IMG/VR virus record: IMGVR_UViG_3300044464_000108 | Location: 10,405 to 74,404 of that record | Strand: one strand, 5' to 3' | From: a virus | Length of the DNA stretch: 64,000 bases | Part shown: positions 17,651 to 27,331 of the stretch, piece by piece | How the letters are laid out: each line of letters starts with the position of its first letter | How positions within the stretch are numbered: position 1 is the stretch's first letter | The notes under the pieces: generated by a model | The model's input: only the letters and a program-made list of their open reading frames with translations | The model's database searches: none | Told to the model about the DNA's origin: nothing | Made by a program: the position numbers and the translations under genes

Positions 17651-17847
17651 GTCGCAAGCTTTTGAGCTACACGGCGAACCTCGAACCCGAACAAGTCGAA
17701 CGGTTGCAGGTGATTCGAACGCAGTCCCAAGAGTCGGTCGCGCGTCTCGTTCGCGAGGGCATCGATCTTGTGCTCGCGAAGTACGAAGGGGATGCTGTGA
17801 AGCATGCCGGCGATTCAACTCAAGGGTGCGGCGAGCTGGGTCGATAA
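17647..17847 (+). CDS. Ribbon-helix-helix DNA-binding protein
   Basis: GTGA overlap. RKLLSYTANLEPEQVERLQVI...SVARLVREGIDLVLAKY has the RHH strand-helix-helix pattern and resembles small deltaproteobacterial RHH proteins. Confidence 0.7.
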   Translation: MSRKLLSYTANLEPEQVERLQVIRTQSQESVARLVREGIDLVLAKYEGDAVKHAGDSTQGCGELGR

Positions 17848-18304
17848 GCTCGGGAAGGACATGCATGCTGCCGCGTTGCGCGGACTGCTGAGCGCCGCGA
17901 ATCGGGGGGTTGGGACCATCGTCTCGGTCATCATCCCGTCGCGAAGTCCGCAACCGGTCGATCGCGGACTCTACAAGGCGGGGTGGCGAGCTCATCGCGA
18001 TCCGAACGGGGCGAGCATCGAGAACAATGAGCCGCACGCGCCATTCGTCGAATACGGCGTTCGGGGTGCCAACGTGGCGATCGGTCGAGCCATGATCACG
18101 GCGCTCGCCGGATGGGTGGCTCGGAAGCGTCTTGCTCGTTCGGGTCCGGAAGCCATCTCAGCCGCGTGGGCGATTGCGAAGTCGATGAAGGCGCGAGGGA
18201 TCTTCCGCGGGGGGCGGGGCATGAGGATCCTCGACGAACTGCGCGCGCGCTACCTCGCGACGTTCATCCGCGAAGAGGTCGCTCGAGAGATCAAGCGTCT
18301 ATAG
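17804..18304 (+). CDS. HK97 gp10-like tail completion/neck protein
   Basis: PVDRGLYKAGW...NNEPHAPFVEYG motif. Confidence 0.75.
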   Translation: MPAIQLKGAASWVDKLGKDMHAAALRGLLSAANRGVGTIVSVIIPSRSPQPVDRGLYKAGWRAHRDPNGASIENNEPHAPFVEYGVRGANVAIGRAMITALAGWVARKRLARSGPEAISAAWAIAKSMKARGIFRGGRGMRILDELRARYLATFIREEVAREIKRL

Positions 18305-18314
18305 ACTCGCGCGG

Positions 18315-18995
18315 ATGGGTATCTCGGCAGCAGCGGCGCAGCTTCTCGCGGGCACGACGATCGGCAACGTCTATCCGGCGGCGACCCCGGTACCGCTCGA
18401 AGACATCGACGCGCGAACGGCTTCCGTGCGCCGGCTCCGACAGTTCTTCGCGGCGCTCGACTTCTCGCGCATCGGAGCGAAAGGGGCAGCACCGATCGGA
18501 TTCCGGATCCCCGAGTCGGCGATCTTCGAAGAGCAGCCGGACGACGAAGCGAAGATCGTCTTCCCTTCGCTCGGGATGCTTCCTTCCCCGGGCGTTCACG
18601 ACGCACCGTTTCTCGGTCCGGCTCAACCGGACGAATCGACGATCGATGTCTTCGCGCCTCGCACGGTTCTTTACTGGCTTGGCGAGTACACCGAAACGAT
18701 CACGATCGAAGTGTGGGGGTCGCATAAGGGGGATCGTCGAGCTCTCATGGCAGGGCTCAAGCAAGCGCTTCGGTCGCAAGAGGACACGATCGGCCTTCGG
18801 CTTACGCTTCCCGAGTATTACGACCGGATCTGTCAATTCAACTTGCCGGCGTCGCAATACATCGATGATCCGGATGTGGTTCGCGGACGACGGCGCGGAC
18901 AACTCTCGCTCGAGCTCCGGTGTCCTGAAGTCGTGCTCGTCGATTACGTGACCATGCGCCTCTACGTGACGTCCGAGATCGTGAACGACCTGTAA
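18315..18995 (+). CDS. Tail terminator/completion-like protein
   Basis: Directly precedes the sheath gene; ITIEVWG...DRRALM pattern. Confidence 0.55.
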   Translation: MGISAAAAQLLAGTTIGNVYPAATPVPLEDIDARTASVRRLRQFFAALDFSRIGAKGAAPIGFRIPESAIFEEQPDDEAKIVFPSLGMLPSPGVHDAPFLGPAQPDESTIDVFAPRTVLYWLGEYTETITIEVWGSHKGDRRALMAGLKQALRSQEDTIGLRLTLPEYYDRICQFNLPASQYIDDPDVVRGRRRGQLSLELRCPEVVLVDYVTMRLYVTSEIVNDL

Positions 18996-19008
18996 GCCGC
19001 AACCGCTT

Positions 19009-19041
19009 CACTTGCGACGAGGTGTCACGGGCGGTTAGGCT
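19009..19041 (+). promoter_or_regulatory. Sigma70-like promoter for the sheath operon
   Basis: TTGCGA-N18-TAGGCT upstream of the sheath start; coordinates approximate. Confidence 0.5.
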
Positions 19042-19085
19042 CCCTCGACATAGGCGCCTTGGAGCGCCCAAGAGGGAACACAACC

Positions 19086-21308
19086 ATGGGCGTAGGGTTT
19101 ATTAGGCGATTCGATCAGGACCCGGGACTCGCGGTTCTGACTGCAATCGAAGGCGTCGTCATCATCGATCGGGATCCGCCGGCATCGATCACGGGTGTCG
19201 GATCCGGGACCGTGTGCTGTGTTGGCGAGTTCGAAGACGGCGCGTTCAATACGCCGCTCGAGCTTGCGGGTGGGGGTGACTTCCTCGCGACGTTTGGCGG
19301 CTTCGGTTTCAATTATGCCGGAGCTCCGAGTCAGAACCCATGCGCCCGATCGCGCAAAGCGGATGCCGCAATCAACCCCGAATTCTGGAACGGGAACGGC
19401 TTCATCGCGCTCGTGAACAAGCGTTTCTCGCGCCTCATCTGTGTGCGCGTCGACACGAGCGTTGGATCGGTGCAGTTCACGCGCCTTGCAGCGATCTCGG
19501 GCAAGAGTGACTTCAGCTTCGCGCTGACGACCGGTCAAACCCTGCTCATCGACATCGGAGCCGGTAACCAAACGGCAACGTTTACCGGGGTTGCAGCCGG
19601 GAAGCTGAGCGCCGCGGGGGTCTATCCGAGCGGGTTCACCGGCGGTGAGAAGACCACGATCATCATCGACAGCGTGTCGTTCAATATCGTGTTCCAAGCG
19701 GCCGATTCGACCCAAGCTCAGGTCATGGCCCGAATGAATTCCTTCTTCGGGTACACGGCAGCGACCGACGGCGGCGGCGGCAAGATCCAACTCACGGGGC
19801 GCATCCCGGGGACCGCCGGCAACATTCAGATCGTGTCGATCGATGCGGCCGTCGCAACCGCGACGGGGTTTGCTGCAGGTGCTTCGACGCCAGGTACGGG
19901 CAACGTCCCGAACTTGAACGCGGTCGTCGATGCAGACCTTCAAGCCGTCATCACGGCGATCGGCGGACTCGCGGGGGTTATCACTGATCGCGACGCAACC
20001 GGAGCGCTTCGGCTCACGGCAACCGCCTTGGGTGGCACGGGCACGATCAAGGTTACGAGCGCAAGCACAGCGCTCGCGTTTGGCTTTGCTCCACTCGACA
20101 CGGTGATCAGCGCTGCATCGGGTACGGCGGGGTTCATTCCTGCCGGCACGAGGGTGCGTACGGCCGGCGGTGCTGAATGGGTGACCATGCAGACCATCGC
20201 GATCACGGCGGCGAGCGCGGGCCCTTACAGCGTCAAGGTTCGTCCTGCGACGGACGACGGCACATCGCTGACTTCGGGCGTCGGAACCATTGTGAAGGTG
20301 CCGTTTGCGATCGGCCTTGGAGCCTTCGCGGTGACGAATGGGATCGCGGTGACGGCAGCGCTTACCGAAGCGCAGATCGACGCTCAGTACGTCACGGCGA
20401 TGGCGACCACGGTGAACCTCGCGAACGTTGTGAAAGAGACGAACACGATCATCTCGGCTCGGCAGTCGAACGTCATGCGTTCGCAGCTCCGACAGAACGT
20501 CTTCGACGCGTCGAGCAACGGCTGCTTTGGCCGCATGACGGTGATCCGTCCCCCGCTCGGAACGACCCGCGTAGCAGCGAAGAGCACGGCAGCACAGCCG
20601 GGCGTTGGGACCTATCGGAACAAGCGGGTCGCGTACGCGTACCCCGGCGGCAACACGTTCGTCCCGCAGATCGCAGCGCTCGGAACGGCCGGCGGGGCAG
20701 GCTTCACGGCCGACGGGAACATCGACGTGGGCATGGACGGTTTTGTCGCTTGCCTCATGTCAAACCTCGCGCCCGAGGAGAACATCGGACAGCAAACGAA
20801 CTTCATCTCGCTCGTGAATTCGATCGAGGTGAACAACGCCGACGTGCAGAACCTCACGATCGCCGACTACATCGCGTTCAAGGCGTCGGGCATCGTCGCG
20901 CTTCGAATCGACAACGGTGACGTGTTCGTCGAGTCGAGCATCACGAGCGTGGATCCACTCACGTTCTCGAACCTTGTCCCGCTTGAGCGACAGCGCTTCG
21001 CGGACTTCTTGACCGACACGCTGTCGCTTCGCTTGATGGCGATCTCAAAGAAGCTGCAGACGCGCGACCGTCGAGCGCAAGCCGTCTCGGAGATCGACAC
21101 GTTCCTCTCCGGGCTGCAGTCGAAAGAGTTCCCGATCAATCAGAGGATCGACAGCTATCTACTTGATCCGAAGAGCGGCAACACCGCGGCGAGTACGGCG
21201 GCCGGCGTGTTCCGCATCATCATGAAGGTAAAGACCCTCGCGGCATTCCTCGACATCGTGCTTGATGCGACGGTCGGGCCGAGCGTGGTCACGGTGCAGG
21301 CGGCCTAA
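19086..21308 (+). CDS. Tail sheath protein
   Basis: N-terminal GVVIIDRDPPASITGVGSGTVCCVGEF; C-terminal ERQRFADFL...FRIIMKVKTLAAFLDIVL; upstream of the tube gene. Confidence 0.85.
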   Translation: MGVGFIRRFDQDPGLAVLTAIEGVVIIDRDPPASITGVGSGTVCCVGEFEDGAFNTPLELAGGGDFLATFGGFGFNYAGAPSQNPCARSRKADAAINPEFWNGNGFIALVNKRFSRLICVRVDTSVGSVQFTRLAAISGKSDFSFALTTGQTLLIDIGAGNQTATFTGVAAGKLSAAGVYPSGFTGGEKTTIIIDSVSFNIVFQAADSTQAQVMARMNSFFGYTAATDGGGGKIQLTGRIPGTAGNIQIVSIDAAVATATGFAAGASTPGTGNVPNLNAVVDADLQAVITAIGGLAGVITDRDATGALRLTATALGGTGTIKVTSASTALAFGFAPLDTVISAASGTAGFIPAGTRVRTAGGAEWVTMQTIAITAASAGPYSVKVRPATDDGTSLTSGVGTIVKVPFAIGLGAFAVTNGIAVTAALTEAQIDAQYVTAMATTVNLANVVKETNTIISARQSNVMRSQLRQNVFDASSNGCFGRMTVIRPPLGTTRVAAKSTAAQPGVGTYRNKRVAYAYPGGNTFVPQIAALGTAGGAGFTADGNIDVGMDGFVACLMSNLAPEENIGQQTNFISLVNSIEVNNADVQNLTIADYIAFKASGIVALRIDNGDVFVESSITSVDPLTFSNLVPLERQRFADFLTDTLSLRLMAISKKLQTRDRRAQAVSEIDTFLSGLQSKEFPINQRIDSYLLDPKSGNTAASTAAGVFRIIMKVKTLAAFLDIVLDATVGPSVVTVQAA

Positions 21309-21355
21309 ACCCGCGTAGGCTAGGCAACGGAACCACGTAACGGAGGATGTAGATC

Positions 21356-21802
21356 ATGGGTGCAGACGCGAGGCTCAAGGGGCAGGAAGTTTCGATCCGA
21401 GTGATCCAAGCGGGGACCACGGTGAAGGAGCTCGATTCAATCGCGAGCTTCAACGACAACACCGTGTTCGAGATCAAAGAGGACGGCTTCCTCGGCGAGT
21501 CGGTGAACCGATTCGATACGACGCTCTCGGGCTACGGCGGCGACTTCGAGTTCCAAACCACGGGGTCGAAGTATTGGAACTTGATCCTCGCGATTGAGAA
21601 GAAGGCGACCCGTGAAGATCCGACCTTGATCTTCAACGTCGTGCGCACCGACTTCTACGCAAACGGGCAGAGCGCGGTAATCACGTACTCGGACGTGTCA
21701 TGGGGAGCCTTCCCGACGAACGTGCCGAAGCGCGACGACTTCGTGAAGATCAAAGCCGAGTTCAAAACATCGAAGCGGACGATTCAGATCGACGCGGTGT
21801 GA
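21356..21802 (+). CDS. Tail tube protein
   Basis: 148 aa, immediately after the sheath; beta-rich; SD GGAGGA. Confidence 0.8.
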   Translation: MGADARLKGQEVSIRVIQAGTTVKELDSIASFNDNTVFEIKEDGFLGESVNRFDTTLSGYGGDFEFQTTGSKYWNLILAIEKKATREDPTLIFNVVRTDFYANGQSAVITYSDVSWGAFPTNVPKRDDFVKIKAEFKTSKRTIQIDAV

Positions 21803-21926
21803 AAAGTTCGTCGCGAGCTTAGGTCTCGCGGCAAAGGAGGACGGCCGGCGCACGAGTTCACGAGCTAGCTACTCGTGATTCCTCCCCTTGGGCGCCCGGT
21901 CGTCTTTCACTAGCAGGGAGGACAAC

Positions 21927-22475
21927 GTGGAAGACAAGAAGCCGGAACAATCACCACAGGAAACGATCACGGATGCGCTCATCAAGGCAGCGACGGCGCA
22001 AGCCTCGGTCAACATCCCGAAGCCGCTACCAGGAGTAGGCCGCCCGGCGTGGGCAAAGATTCCCGAGGGGCTCGTGCTCCCGCAAAAGCCGATCTACTTC
22101 ATCCGCTTCCCGAGCGAATGGACCGACCTTCCGATCAAGGGAGATGTCTACGAGAACCGGCTCTATCGCCAGTGCATTATCTGGACGCTACTCGACGGCG
22201 AAGAGCGGGTCGCGATGGAGAAAACCATGGTCTCGGGAACGGCATCGAGCGCGAACACGCACCTTGCGATGCGCATGATCCGAGCGGTGGACGGGCATAA
22301 GGCGGACTGGTCGGGCGAGCGCGATCAGCCGGGGAGCGTCGAGCAGTATTGGACCGAGCTTGGGAGCAAGTGCCGGAAGATGATGATCGACCTGTACCAA
22401 AAGATGCACTTGCTCGACGGAGAAGACCGCGTTGATTTTTTCGAGAACTGCGTCGCGGCATGGGTCGGCGGCTGA
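21927..22475 (+). CDS. Tail assembly chaperone (G-like)
   Basis: SD GGGAGG before GTG 21927; lies between tube and tape measure; slippery T TTT TTC near its 3' end. Confidence 0.7.
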   Translation: MEDKKPEQSPQETITDALIKAATAQASVNIPKPLPGVGRPAWAKIPEGLVLPQKPIYFIRFPSEWTDLPIKGDVYENRLYRQCIIWTLLDGEERVAMEKTMVSGTASSANTHLAMRMIRAVDGHKADWSGERDQPGSVEQYWTELGSKCRKMMIDLYQKMHLLDGEDRVDFFENCVAAWVGG

Positions 22476-22771
22476 CGTGGCTCGGAGACGACCCTCGGGT
22501 TCTGTGCACGCCTGAGATTCTTCGAACTCGTCTCTCGATTCTCTCGAACTACTTCGGCGGTCGACACGAGTTCGAGCATCTCGCTCGGGTCATGATGTCG
22601 ATCGATCCGGCGAAGTGGCTCGAAGGACACGCGCATCGACATGCGTACTTAGGCCGTTACATGCATCAGAGCTCGCGTGAGCTCGAGCAGACGGACGCTT
22701 ATCGGGTGCGCGAATGGGTGCGCGAAGTCAGCGCGATCGTTTCGGCCGAGAACGAGACGAGTTCGAGCTGA
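22436..22771 (+). CDS. -1 frame extension of the tail assembly chaperone (GT-like)
   Basis: The -1 frame opens at the slippery heptamer 22436-22442 (TGA at 22433-22435) and runs to just before the tape measure gene. Confidence 0.7.
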   Translation, partial: FFRELRRGMGRRLTWLGDDPRVLCTPEILRTRLSILSNYFGGRHEFEHLARVMMSIDPAKWLEGHAHRHAYLGRYMHQSSRELEQTDAYRVREWVREVSAIVSAENETSSS

Positions 22772-22788
22772 ACGAGTAGCCTCCCGAC

Positions 22789-24717
22789 ATGGGCGGCGAA
22801 GCTGTAGAAGTCAAAGCAAAGCTATCTCTCGACGACGTTGCATCAAGCGCTCTTGGCAAGATCAAGAAGGGCTTTGAAGAGACGGGTGATGCTGAGAAGA
22901 AGGCGCAGCAAGGGCTCGCCGACTACGCAAAGAACTTCGTAAGCACCTTTGCGGCGATGAACGCTGCACCGCTCGCGTCGAAGATTGTCGGCTTCGGCAA
23001 GAGTTTCGTCTCGAGCGCGGCAGACGCGCAAGAGATGCGACGCGAGATCACGGGGTTGATCGCGGTGTCGCAAAACATGCCGGTCGCGCAAGTGAGCGCG
23101 AAGGTCGACATGCTCGGCGAGAAGTTTGCCGAGACGGGGATCAAGGTCGGCGTCGGGGCGGGAGAGATTCGCGAGGCGTTCAACGTCATGCTCGAGATGG
23201 GTCGCAACATGGGCGACTCGACGCGTACAGCGCAGCAGCTCGCGCAAGTGACGGGCGTCATCGGGGGCAACACCGCTCAGTACGCGCAAGAGTGGGCGTT
23301 CATGAGCGAAGGCGTTCTACGAACGCGCGGGCATCTGTTCCAGCTCTTGAATCAAACGGGCATCTTCGGAAAGGACATCAAGAAGGCTTCGGCATCGTGG
23401 GCACTTCTCACGGATGCGCAGCGCACCGATCGCTTGAACAAGGGGCTCGAGCAGGTCGGCAACAAGCTCTCGAAGATCCCGCCGGGCTTCAACCAAACCG
23501 TCGCGGGTCTCGAAGGCATGTGGAAGTCCCTCAAGAAGGACGTCGGCGGTCCGATCCTCGATGCGTTGATCCCGATCTTCAAAGACCTGCAACAGCGCTT
23601 TGTAGCGATCCGGCCCGAGCTCAAAGCGTTCGCGAAGAGCATGGGCACCGATGTCGCTTCGGTTGTGAAGGAAGCCGCAAAGCTTGCTTCATCCGCCTTC
23701 GAATACTTGAAGACGCATGCCGACGAGATCAAGGAAGCGATCTCGGATGCCTACAAGGGGCTCCGTACAACGATCGAATTCATCCTCGCGCACAAGGAAG
23801 AGATCGCGCTCATGTTCGGCGGTCTAAAGGCCTTCCAACTCGGGAGCGCAGTCGGCAAGGCGGACGTTGGGGGCAAAGCCATCGGCGCGGCGCAGCAGCT
23901 CGGGGGAATGATGGGCTTCACGGGCAGCGTGAGCTCTGCCGCAGCAGGGCTTGGCTTGATGGCGCTCGCTCTCGCGGCGGTGACTGCAGCGCTTTGGCAA
24001 TACGAGAAGCTGCAGAAGGACAAGGAACAGATCAAAGACGTTCACGGGGGCGCCAAGGGGCATCTCGAAAAGCTTGCGGCGTCGGGTGATTCCGAAAACG
24101 TGCAGCGCATGCTCGCGTCGATTCGAGAGACGGAAGCGGCTCGAAGCGGATTCTCGAAGATGCTCGACAAGATCGGGATCTTCAACGGGTCGCTTGCAAT
24201 GACGGGCGCGGAATTCGACAAGTGGTCTCAGCAACTCGAGTCCACCGCGGGCATGGTGCAGGTGCAGACCGCGCAGCTCGAGCAGCAAGCCGCCGAAGCG
24301 AACGCGGCCGGAGCGTTCGAAGAGATCGTTCTAACCTACAACCAAGCTAGCCAACTCCAGAACTCAGCCGCGCAAGCGTATGCCGCTCAGATGCTCGTGA
24401 CCTCGGGTCTCACGGTGGACGCGATGAAGGGTGCCGGCATGGAGATCGCCGGGGACATGGACGAGTTTGCGGCGACGTTCGCGAAGACGGGCGATCAATT
24501 CAAAGAGGCGCTCGCAAAGTTTCTCGGAGGGGACGCGGGCAAAGCGAGCAAGACGCCGGCCCCTCAGGTCAACATGTCGGGCGGGCAGGTTTTCAAGATC
24601 AATCAAGACTTTCGGGATCAGGATCCCGATCGCGTGGCGGTCGTTCTACGTCGCGAGCTCGGGGCTTCGGCCATCCGTCGCGTGCAAGCGCATACAAGCG
24701 GTGCCTTCGGTCAGTGA
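22789..24717 (+). CDS. Tape measure protein
   Basis: Long Ala/Gly-rich helical protein after the chaperones; VEVKAKLSLDD N-terminus. Confidence 0.85.
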   Translation: MGGEAVEVKAKLSLDDVASSALGKIKKGFEETGDAEKKAQQGLADYAKNFVSTFAAMNAAPLASKIVGFGKSFVSSAADAQEMRREITGLIAVSQNMPVAQVSAKVDMLGEKFAETGIKVGVGAGEIREAFNVMLEMGRNMGDSTRTAQQLAQVTGVIGGNTAQYAQEWAFMSEGVLRTRGHLFQLLNQTGIFGKDIKKASASWALLTDAQRTDRLNKGLEQVGNKLSKIPPGFNQTVAGLEGMWKSLKKDVGGPILDALIPIFKDLQQRFVAIRPELKAFAKSMGTDVASVVKEAAKLASSAFEYLKTHADEIKEAISDAYKGLRTTIEFILAHKEEIALMFGGLKAFQLGSAVGKADVGGKAIGAAQQLGGMMGFTGSVSSAAAGLGLMALALAAVTAALWQYEKLQKDKEQIKDVHGGAKGHLEKLAASGDSENVQRMLASIRETEAARSGFSKMLDKIGIFNGSLAMTGAEFDKWSQQLESTAGMVQVQTAQLEQQAAEANAAGAFEEIVLTYNQASQLQNSAAQAYAAQMLVTSGLTVDAMKGAGMEIAGDMDEFAATFAKTGDQFKEALAKFLGGDAGKASKTPAPQVNMSGGQVFKINQDFRDQDPDRVAVVLRRELGASAIRRVQAHTSGAFGQ

Positions 24718-24788
24718 CGGGGGATGCTTGGGTGTCGTAGAACGAGCGTGCTAGCGTTCACGTGGACGCAAGGAAAAGGGGTCTACCG

Positions 24789-25556
24789 ATGTCGAGTGAT
24801 ATGCCGATCATGCGCGGTCTCGTGACCGGACCGAAGGGGCCCGCCGCCGCTCCGGAGGAAGAGGAAGCGCCGCACTACTCGGTTGAGGATCTCGACGAGC
24901 AGACCATCACGCTGCTCGAGCAGCTCGCCGAAGAGGCGTACACGGCGGGAGCTCTCGAGGTCGATCTAGGCGAAGGGGATGCGGCGGTCGAAGGCGAAGC
25001 CGATCCTGCGGAAGCTGCCGAAGCGAGCGAGACCCCGGCAGATGAAGCAGCGGAACCATCTGACGAGCAGGCTGCAGAACAAGCCGCCGGCACGGAGCAA
25101 CAGAGCGCGCAGACGTACGCCACGAACGCGGCGAGTGCAGCGGAAGAGATTGCGAGCTACGCAACGCAGATCGCCGATCTCGAAGATGCGGCCAAAGAGA
25201 CCGACGACGGCGATCCGAAAGCGATCAAGAAGCTCGCGAAGGAGTGCGACAAGCTTGCGAAGGAAGCCGAGAAGCTGACTTCGAAGGTCGAGAAAGCCGC
25301 CGACAAGGATGATCTTGAAGGCGCGGCCGAGCTTGCGAAGGAAGTCGACGACCTTTGCACCGAGGCACAAGGGCTGCTCGACGAAGCCAAGCAAGCGGTG
25401 GGAACTCCCGCGGCAGCGGAAGGGGCACCCATGGCTCCCGGGCGTGGGAAGGGACCGCCGGTCGGAGCGAAGATCGAAACGCCTGCCAAGAGCCCGCCGG
25501 GGACCCCCGCGAAGGCTTCCCCTCCGCTCGCGACTTGGGCGAAGCACGCGGGGTGA
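24789..25556 (+). CDS. Acidic Ala/Glu-rich coiled-coil protein of unknown function
   Basis: Own upstream promoter-like TTGGGT-N18-TAGCGT; followed by hairpins. Confidence 0.6.
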   Translation: MSSDMPIMRGLVTGPKGPAAAPEEEEAPHYSVEDLDEQTITLLEQLAEEAYTAGALEVDLGEGDAAVEGEADPAEAAEASETPADEAAEPSDEQAAEQAAGTEQQSAQTYATNAASAAEEIASYATQIADLEDAAKETDDGDPKAIKKLAKECDKLAKEAEKLTSKVEKAADKDDLEGAAELAKEVDDLCTEAQGLLDEAKQAVGTPAAAEGAPMAPGRGKGPPVGAKIETPAKSPPGTPAKASPPLATWAKHAG

Positions 25557-25562
25557 ATCCCT

Positions 25563-25582
25563 TCGGAAGATCGATCTTCCGA
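25563..25582 (+). repeat. 20-bp palindrome copy 4 (forward, intergenic)
   Basis: atccct-TCGGAAGATCGATCTTCCGA-gc. Confidence 0.95.
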
Positions 25583-25617
25583 GCGGGGGTCGTAACCCCA
25601 CACAAACACTAACAAAG

Positions 25618-25657
25618 GAAGGCCTCCTAGTCCGGACTAGGAGGCCTTCAGCTTTTC
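25618..25657 (+). terminator. 32-bp perfect palindrome, probable terminator
   Basis: GAAGGCCTCCTAGTCCGGACTAGGAGGCCTTC (25618-25649), followed by AGCTTTT. Confidence 0.65.
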
Positions 25658-25759
25658 CACGAAACACCCACGCGCTTCGCGACTTCGCAGATCAACTGTG
25701 GTCGTTCATCCCGAGCTCGGACAGAGGAAGAATTCTTCCGATCCCGATATCTTGCTCGA

Positions 25760-26092
25760 ATGAACCTGATCCAACTCGAGCCTCGTTTTCTAAGGCATGC
25801 GGTCCGGCACGATCATGAATGGTGCGAAGAGGTTGAGCTAGCCGTGGCGCAAGGGGTGACCTTCCTCTGCCCGAAGTGTTTCGAGCTCAATGGGGGGCCC
25901 GTCGGCACGCATTCGGTGCTCGTGTGGTTTCGTGATCGAGGAGTCGCGGACAACGTGACGCCGGGCCCGGGACGATGGGAGCTCAAGGGCATGACGCTCG
26001 CCGACATCACGCTCGCGCCTTCGATCAGTCTTTCGACGGGGTGCAAGTGGCACGGCTTCGTCACGAACGGGGCGGTCTCAAGCTGCGGATAG
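25760..26092 (+). CDS. DUF6527-like Cys/His metal-binding protein
   Basis: FLCPKC...HSVLVWF...RW...ITLAPSI...GCKWHGFVTNG pattern. Confidence 0.65.
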   Translation: MNLIQLEPRFLRHAVRHDHEWCEEVELAVAQGVTFLCPKCFELNGGPVGTHSVLVWFRDRGVADNVTPGPGRWELKGMTLADITLAPSISLSTGCKWHGFVTNGAVSSCG

Positions 26093-26107
26093 CGGTATCG
26101 TCTCGGC

Positions 26108-27331
26108 ATGGCCGGACCCCCGCCGAGCGTCGTACGGATCGAAGAGCTCATCTCGTCGAGCTTGAAGGTGAACCGCGTGCTCGAGATGGTTGGACCCGGC
26201 GGCCCCTTTCGCGGCGCGGAGTGGGAGAGCACATACGGTCTCGCGACGTCCTTCTATCCGGGCAACCCGGAAGGAACGCAGCATGTCCTAGGCCCACAAG
26301 AAGCGCCGAGCGAGTGGAAAGGCGAGTGGAAGACGACGCGCATGATCTCCGCGCCGTCGAACTACATCGACGCGGAGGGGGCAACGGAGCGAAAGATCAC
26401 GATCGCTTTTTCGATGTATCAGATCGTGGATTCGTTCCAGCAACGGGGCTCGCTTCTTCGTGTGACGTGGGCAGCCGATCAAGGCCGGCGCATCGTTCGA
26501 CTCGGGAGGATCAAGAGCCTCAAGATCTCGCCCGATCGAATCGACGACATCCCATGGTCCATAAGCTTCGAATGGCTCGGGCGCGGGGGACTGCAACAGA
26601 AGGTCGCGACCTTCAAGCAAGACAACACGCTTGCGCAGCAAGGCGCGATCAATCTTGAGATGAACCAACTCGTCGCGGATCTTGAACAATCGAGCTTTGT
26701 GAGCTCGGTTCACGGGCTTCCGTTTTCGGCGAACGACTTCAGCTTGGGGGATCTCGAAGCGCTCGCAAACCTTCCCGGGCAGCTCATGAAGGATCTCAAG
26801 CAAGTCGTTACGCGCCTTCTTTCGCAGGTGAAAAAGGTCGGAGACATCCTCGCGACGGTTGCATCGATCCCGGCGGACATCGCCGATCAAGCGCTCGACA
26901 TCGCCGAAGAGGTTGCCGCGACGCTTGCGCAGTTCATTGATCAGATGTCGCGCGAAGTGCCCGAGAAGTACGTAACGACGGGAACGACGAACGTTGGGCA
27001 GTTCTTGCAGGTCGCGAAGTTCTACGGCGGATCGATACGACAAGCGCAGTCGTGTCTCGATGCGGCGGTGAACTTCCGCGAAGCCGTGAAGGCGCGGCGC
27101 AGCGCGTACGCATCGAACCGATCAAGCGGAGACGCGGCGGGGCCGGCGGACATCTTGGGTGTCTACCTCGCGCACTCGGGCGAGACCTTCGCGAGCATCT
27201 CGACGAAGTTCTACGGCACGCCTGACAACGGGGTTGCCATCGCGAAGGCGAACGGGTTCCCGGGCTATCAAGTCGAGCCGGGCCGGCACTCGCTCATCAT
27301 CCCGAACTTGCAGGCCTTGAAGAAGCAATGA
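26108..27331 (+). CDS. Tail tube initiator/baseplate protein with C-terminal LysM-like domain
   Basis: C-terminal GETFASISTKFYGTPDNGVAIAKANG...LIIP; position after the tape measure gene. Confidence 0.7.
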   Translation: MAGPPPSVVRIEELISSSLKVNRVLEMVGPGGPFRGAEWESTYGLATSFYPGNPEGTQHVLGPQEAPSEWKGEWKTTRMISAPSNYIDAEGATERKITIAFSMYQIVDSFQQRGSLLRVTWAADQGRRIVRLGRIKSLKISPDRIDDIPWSISFEWLGRGGLQQKVATFKQDNTLAQQGAINLEMNQLVADLEQSSFVSSVHGLPFSANDFSLGDLEALANLPGQLMKDLKQVVTRLLSQVKKVGDILATVASIPADIADQALDIAEEVAATLAQFIDQMSREVPEKYVTTGTTNVGQFLQVAKFYGGSIRQAQSCLDAAVNFREAVKARRSAYASNRSSGDAAGPADILGVYLAHSGETFASISTKFYGTPDNGVAIAKANGFPGYQVEPGRHSLIIPNLQALKKQ

